Of a DNA stretch of 64,000 nt, positions 59,454-64,000 are shown in pieces. The notes beneath the pieces are model-generated. The model worked only from the letters and a program-made list of their open reading frames with translations. It did no database searches and had not been told where the DNA came from. Source of the stretch: Candidatus Levyibacteriota bacterium. GTDB lineage: Bacteria; Patescibacteriota; Microgenomatia; Levybacterales; UBA12049. Position 1 is the stretch's first letter. Each line of letters begins with the position of its first letter. Position numbers and translations under genes: made by a program. The stretch spans positions 276-64,275 of the forward strand of contig JACROF010000004.1 in assembly GCA_016214555.1 (NCBI GenBank). The letters are read 5' to 3'.

Positions 59454-60556
59454 AAAAAGCTATTTCAATAACTATTTTTCTTGTTTTACTTATTTGGCTT
59501 TGTAAAGCGTTAACACTTGGGAATTATCCTGATTTTAATGTATTTTATGGAGGGCTAAAGGCTTATCTTGCAGGAGGTAATCCTTATAAAGATGTGATTG
59601 GATCGTCAATGAAATTTTTGTATCCACCTATTGCATTATTCTTTTTTCTTCCCGTGGCATTTTTTGAAAGAGCTGAGGCGAGTATTATTTGGACTGTACT
59701 TTCAATTATTCTCTTTATCACAAGCATAGTTTTTCTTTTTAAAACTGAAAAAAGAAAAATCTTTTCGAATGAATTTTTTATTCTTTCTAGCTTTTCTTTT
59801 CTTATGTTTCCATTGAAGTTCAACTTGGGAATGGGACAATTTAATAATGTAAATCTTTTCTTACTTTCACTATTTTTGCTTTTAACGTCGAGGGGAAGAT
59901 TTGCTCTTTCTGGAACAGCAGTTGGTCTTTCATTGATCCTTAAAGTATTTCCAGTGCTACTTCTTCCGTACTTGCTTATCATCAAGCAATTTAAGGCATT
60001 TCAATTATCAGTTTTAGTGGTTATAGCAGGGGTAGCAATTGGCTTTGTGGTGGTTAGGCAAGAGTTGACAGAATATTTTTTTGGCTCTTCGCTACTTGGA
60101 ACACTACGAAGCTGGCCTCTTGATTATTATAATCAAGCTCTTTCAGGACTCTTGGGTCGATGGCTTGGTGTTTCGTTTACTACTCTATGTATAAAGTATT
60201 TTCTAACGTTTTTGTTAATCGGTGCGTCATTTTTTATTTACTGGAAGAAACGATCTGTAAAATCAATACATCTTCTTGCTGCGTCGAGCATTTTCCCTTT
60301 ATCGCTCATAACACTAACATTTTCGTGGCAACACTATTTCGTGTTAACTATGCCAGCCTATCTTCTTTTATACTTTCGTTTTAGGAAAAAGAAGAGATCA
60401 ACTAAAAAATATTTTTTGTTATTTACCTCATATGTTTTAGTTGCTTTAAATCTTGCACATCCTTCATCTTTTCCACTTATTTTTCAGTGGCATGTTTTTT
60501 ATGGAACACTGCTATTGTTAGCTCTGCAGCTTGAGGAGATCTACCATGCTAAGTAA
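59441..60556 (+). CDS. Polytopic membrane protein (DUF2029/GT87-like)
   Basis: KVFPVLLLPYLL-type motif and hydropathy. Confidence 0.3.
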   Translation: MDILKKAISITIFLVLLIWLCKALTLGNYPDFNVFYGGLKAYLAGGNPYKDVIGSSMKFLYPPIALFFFLPVAFFERAEASIIWTVLSIILFITSIVFLFKTEKRKIFSNEFFILSSFSFLMFPLKFNLGMGQFNNVNLFLLSLFLLLTSRGRFALSGTAVGLSLILKVFPVLLLPYLLIIKQFKAFQLSVLVVIAGVAIGFVVVRQELTEYFFGSSLLGTLRSWPLDYYNQALSGLLGRWLGVSFTTLCIKYFLTFLLIGASFFIYWKKRSVKSIHLLAASSIFPLSLITLTFSWQHYFVLTMPAYLLLYFRFRKKKRSTKKYFLLFTSYVLVALNLAHPSSFPLIFQWHVFYGTLLLLALQLEEIYHAK

Positions 60557-61742
60557 ATTTTTGATTTGTTTTTTAACACTAGCTTTTATATGCGGACAAG
60601 TTGTTCGTTTGCAAATAGGGGATATTGGGATAACATTTTTTGATATATCGATTACATTAATTGTTGTAGTATGGTTTTTGTATAAAGGAGGAAATAAAAA
60701 GTGGAACTCAATTTTTGGTAAAAATCTTTATAAGAAATTTTTAGTGTTTATCGCTGTTGGAGTGTTGTCGCTTAGTTTAGCATATGCTAAAAATAATCAG
60801 ATTGATATTGTTACTTCAATACTTTATCCTATACGACTTGTTTTGATATCGCTTTTATATTTTCCTCTTAGGTTACTCTCTCAAAAAAATAAGCAATTTT
60901 TAATTCTTGATATGATTTTTGGAGGGGTTTGTATACTTGTAATTGGTTTTGTCCAGTTTTTTTTCTATCCATATTTAGGAAATCTTTATCACTTAGGTTG
61001 GGATGACCATCTTTTTCGTTTGTTTTCGACTTTTCTGGACCCAAATTTTGCCGCTGCATTTTTTAGTATTTTCTTAGTATTTATCCTCGAATTATTTTTT
61101 AATCACAGAGGACGAGCAAGAATTCTTTTCAGCGCTCTTATGATAGCCACCTTTACTGCGATACTTCTTACGTATTCAAGAACAGGTATCTTGATGATGA
61201 TTATTTCCGTCTCAATATATTTATTGCTAACTCAATCAAAGAAGGTGGTGTTTGCGGGTATTGGAATTTGCATGCTTTTTTTTATTCTATCTGCAAACAC
61301 CAAGATTGAAGGGCTTAACCCTCTGAGAGTCGCTTCTACGACAGCAAGAATACAGTCTGCAGAGATTGCCACAAAGATATTTCTTTCAGAGCCATTACTC
61401 GGAGTTGGTTTTAATGCATATAGATATGCTCAGCAAGAGAGAGGGTATAGGAGTATTGCTCCAAGAGTACAAAGTCATGCAGATTCTGGAACAGACAATA
61501 GTTATCTTTTTATCTTAGCAACTACAGGAATCGTTGGCATGGGCACTGCACTATTTTTTCTTTATGGAATATACTTTGAACTGAGAAAGTCAGTCGCAAA
61601 AAATATGTTCTTATCAAAATCTTTTTTTGCTGCATTTCTTGCAGTACTTATTGGAAGCATATTTTTGAATGTAGGTTTCTATTCAATGATTTTATGCTTC
61701 TTGATAGCTTTTAGTTCACTTATTCAGCAAAAGAAACCTTAA
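60546..61742 (+). CDS. Wzy/O-antigen-ligase-like membrane protein
   Basis: LLTYSRTGILMM and a large outside loop with conserved R and H residues. The start could instead be 60531. Confidence 0.4.
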   Translation: MLSKFLICFLTLAFICGQVVRLQIGDIGITFFDISITLIVVVWFLYKGGNKKWNSIFGKNLYKKFLVFIAVGVLSLSLAYAKNNQIDIVTSILYPIRLVLISLLYFPLRLLSQKNKQFLILDMIFGGVCILVIGFVQFFFYPYLGNLYHLGWDDHLFRLFSTFLDPNFAAAFFSIFLVFILELFFNHRGRARILFSALMIATFTAILLTYSRTGILMMIISVSIYLLLTQSKKVVFAGIGICMLFFILSANTKIEGLNPLRVASTTARIQSAEIATKIFLSEPLLGVGFNAYRYAQQERGYRSIAPRVQSHADSGTDNSYLFILATTGIVGMGTALFFLYGIYFELRKSVAKNMFLSKSFFAAFLAVLIGSIFLNVGFYSMILCFLIAFSSLIQQKKP

Positions 61743-62424
61743 GAGTTTTTTCAGCTTTATTCCCAGCTTCATCAATGGCCTGGACTCTTATTTCATTATC
61801 ACCGCCCTTAAGAGATAAGTTATAGTAAAAATTTCCTTGTCCATCAACTACCGCCCAGAAATCATTTACCGTTACCTTTACGTTTTGATCAGTTTTTCCT
61901 GTAATCTTTAGTGGGTTATGATCCTTGTTAAATGATTGACCATCATTTGGAGAAATAATCGAAAGCTCCGGAGCTTTGTTGGAGTAGGTAATAATAGTTG
62001 TTTCTGAGAACTTACTTTCCTTGTTATCTTTATTCACAAATTTTGCTTTAATACTATTTTCGCCAGGTGTAAGTTTGATTCGCCGAAATGAAAAGGTATT
62101 ATCGCTTTGTATGTCAGCCTTTTTGACCTGCTTGCCATTCACAAAAAGCTTTATATATCCATCACTTTCTCCAGATCCAGTAATGTCAATTTCGGCGCTG
62201 TTTGTTGCATCAGCAATATAGTCAAGAGAGGGAGGTGCCACAAAAGTGTCCACTTGTTCTTGGGCTGTTGCAGACTCTCTTTCTACAAGCAAACTGAATT
62301 TTACTAGTAGATTTGTGCCAAAAATTAAAAAAAGTGCAAGAAGCACGCATGATCCAAGCGCGATAATGATTATATTGCGTTTTGCTTGACGAGCTTGTCT
62401 TTGATTTAGTCGCGATCGAGGCAT
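61720..62424 (-). CDS. Membrane-anchored protein with two tandem Ig-like beta-sandwich repeats
   Basis: N-terminal TM followed by repeats ITGSGESDGYIKLFVNG... and ITGKTDQNVKVTVND.... Confidence 0.5.
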   Translation of the reverse strand: MPRSRLNQRQARQAKRNIIIIALGSCVLLALFLIFGTNLLVKFSLLVERESATAQEQVDTFVAPPSLDYIADATNSAEIDITGSGESDGYIKLFVNGKQVKKADIQSDNTFSFRRIKLTPGENSIKAKFVNKDNKESKFSETTIITYSNKAPELSIISPNDGQSFNKDHNPLKITGKTDQNVKVTVNDFWAVVDGQGNFYYNLSLKGGDNEIRVQAIDEAGNKAEKTLKVSFAE

Positions 62425-62434
62425 ATATTCTATG

Positions 62435-62507
62435 AGCCAACGGTCGGATTCGGACCGACGACCTGCTGTTTACGATACAGCTGCTCTACCAGCTGAGCTA
62501 CGTTGGC
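62435..62507 (-). tRNA. tRNA-Thr (anticodon CGU)
   Basis: Minus-strand sequence GCCAACGTAGCTCAGCTGGTAGAGCAGCTGTATCGTAAACAGCAGGTCGTCGGTCCGAATCCGACCGTTGGCT folds as a cloverleaf. The 7-bp acceptor, D arm, anticodon stem/loop and T arm all pair. CCA is not encoded. The T-loop reads TCCGAAT, so position 55 is C. Confidence 0.8.
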
Positions 62508-62540
62508 AAGTCAGATCCATTTCACAACTGATAGTTACTC

Positions 62541-62569
62541 ATTGTATGAAATTTTGAAAATAAATTCAA
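62541..62569 (-). promoter_or_regulatory. Promoter TTGAAT-17-TACAAT for tRNA-Thr
   Basis: The reverse complement of 62564-62569 is TTGAAT and that of 62541-62546 is TACAAT. The -35 overlaps the stop codon of the upstream PRTase gene. Confidence 0.4.
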
Positions 62570-63186
62570 TGTTCATGCTGCTCTTGCATTTTCCCGTGTC
62601 CAAGATCAGTATTTATTGGCACGTTATGTTCGCAGAGCGCACAATTTTTTGGATCGTAAATAACTGTTGGTAACCTTTCTAAGTAGATATAGTCTGCATC
62701 AATTGCATCTGCTGCTGGTTTGTTTAGGGGACTTCTGTCAAGCATTGCAGCAACTATTCTCACATCAGCATCTAGTTCTCTTGTAGCAGCTATCACTTCA
62801 TTGACAGATTTACCAGTTGTAACTAAGTCTTCAACAATCGCAACATTTCTTCCCTTAATAGTTTCAATTCCTCTTCGAAAGTATTGTACGCCTTCCTCAT
62901 TCTTTTCAGTATTAGTAAAGAGAACATCCATTTCATAGGCGGTCCATTGAGCAAGGATAATGCCACCGATAGCAGGTCCTACAATGACCTCAACGCCTTC
63001 TGTTAACTCTCCAATGGCTGATGCTAGCCTTTTGCCAATTTCCTTTGCGACACGAGGCTTTTCATAAAGCTTGTTTTTGGCTATATAAAGTTCTCCGTGG
63101 TTACCTGAGGTATAAATGTAGTGACCTTTTTGTACTGCCTGATTATCCTCCAGCAGTTGGATAATTGGCATATCGAGTTCAGTCAT
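62566..63186 (-). CDS. Type I phosphoribosyltransferase (orotate-PRTase-like)
   Basis: VAIVEDLVTTGKSV PRPP-binding motif and a GHYIYTSGNHGELYI N-terminal region. The internal ATG at 63186 is preferred over the TTG at 63228. Confidence 0.6.
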   Translation of the reverse strand: MTELDMPIIQLLEDNQAVQKGHYIYTSGNHGELYIAKNKLYEKPRVAKEIGKRLASAIGELTEGVEVIVGPAIGGIILAQWTAYEMDVLFTNTEKNEEGVQYFRRGIETIKGRNVAIVEDLVTTGKSVNEVIAATRELDADVRIVAAMLDRSPLNKPAADAIDADYIYLERLPTVIYDPKNCALCEHNVPINTDLGHGKMQEQHEH

Positions 63187-63190
63187 GGAG

Positions 63191-63601
63191 CTAGACGTGT
63201 TTTCGTTTACGTGCAACTTTAAGTTCAAGGATAGCTCTTCTCATTTCAGCTTGAGCGATAGCAAGGTCCTGCTCGGTTGTATGCTCTGATTTCTTTTTTA
63301 AGATCTCCTCAGCTCTTTTTTGTGCTTCTAGTGCCTTTTGCGCATTGATTTTTTCTGAATGGACAGCGTAATCGGCCAGAAGGGTAAGAGTGTCTTTGTT
63401 GATTTGTAGAAAGCCACCTGTTATAGCAATATGTTCTTGCTTACCCTTATTTTTTATAACTAGTTCGCCATCTGAGACTTGCGTGAGAAGATCTATGTGG
63501 TGTGGGAGAATAGCAATTTCACCGGTAATCGTTGGAACTATAAGTTCGTCTATATCGCCCTCAAAGGTTATTTTTTCAGGAGTTAATATTTTGAGATTCA
63601 T
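63191..63601 (-). CDS. atpC: F1 ATP synthase epsilon subunit
   Basis: MNLKILTPEKITFEGDIDELIVPTITGEIAILPHH. Confidence 0.85.
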   Translation of the reverse strand: MNLKILTPEKITFEGDIDELIVPTITGEIAILPHHIDLLTQVSDGELVIKNKGKQEHIAITGGFLQINKDTLTLLADYAVHSEKINAQKALEAQKRAEEILKKKSEHTTEQDLAIAQAEMRRAILELKVARKRKHV

Positions 63602-63628
63602 ATTTCATCAAGTTCAGTGCAAGATTCA

Positions 63629-64000
<372 letters not shown>

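Overview
This is a low-GC (about 33-38%), gene-dense window with many overlapping start and stop codons and very short intergenic spacers. The genome style looks like Patescibacteria/CPR, but that is an inference from gene content and organisation, not an identification.

The window falls into three parts.

1. 1-17 kb is a reduced division/cell-wall (dcw) block on the + strand. It runs murE (short form), murC, murA, then a four-gene UDP-GlcNAc block: a GlmU nucleotidyltransferase domain on its own, a GNAT acetyltransferase, a HAD hydrolase, and a GlmS that continues in frame into a membrane segment and a degenerate Mur-ligase-like domain. After that come mraY, ftsW, murG, a short FtsQ-like gene, ftsA and ftsZ, followed by a small membrane protein and a class IV (D-amino-acid/branched-chain) aminotransferase.

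2. 18-26 kb and 36-62 kb form a very large cell-surface glycosylation island. It carries at least ten polytopic membrane proteins of the ArnT/PMT-like GT-C type; several have a DE motif in the first outside loop.
- Glycosyltransferases: three Dpm1/GtrB-like polyprenyl-phosphate-sugar GT2 enzymes, two GT4 enzymes, and two GT2 enzymes fused to large membrane domains.
- Accessory genes: an acyltransferase-3, a Wzx flippase, a Wzy/O-antigen-ligase-like protein, and a DUF2304+GtrB pair.
- Sugar-tailoring cassette: a small cupin (FdtA-like), a Zn-ribbon C-methyltransferase-like SAM enzyme with a paralog 6 kb upstream, a Gfo/Idh/MocA oxidoreductase, and two further SAM methyltransferases.
- A compositionally foreign GC-rich gene (about 50% GC) with its own consensus promoter sits inside the island.

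3. 26-36 kb and 62-64 kb are housekeeping. They hold YgjP/DUF45 and a beta-CASP RNase as a convergent pair, a P-loop kinase-like gene, SPFH-ileS-rodA-rplU-rpmA-parB, lepB, tRNA-Thr(CGU), a phosphoribosyltransferase, atpC and a partial atpD.

Regulatory signals read directly from the sequence are:
- a textbook TTGACA-17-TATTAT promoter upstream of rpmA, with a perfect 10-bp inverted repeat straddling the -10 element;
- several extended -10 elements (TGTTATAAT-like) placed 5-8 nt before start codons at rplU, the kinase-like gene and the aminotransferase;
- a promoter for the tRNA that overlaps the stop codon of the upstream gene.

No CRISPR array, rRNA, transposase or integrase was seen.
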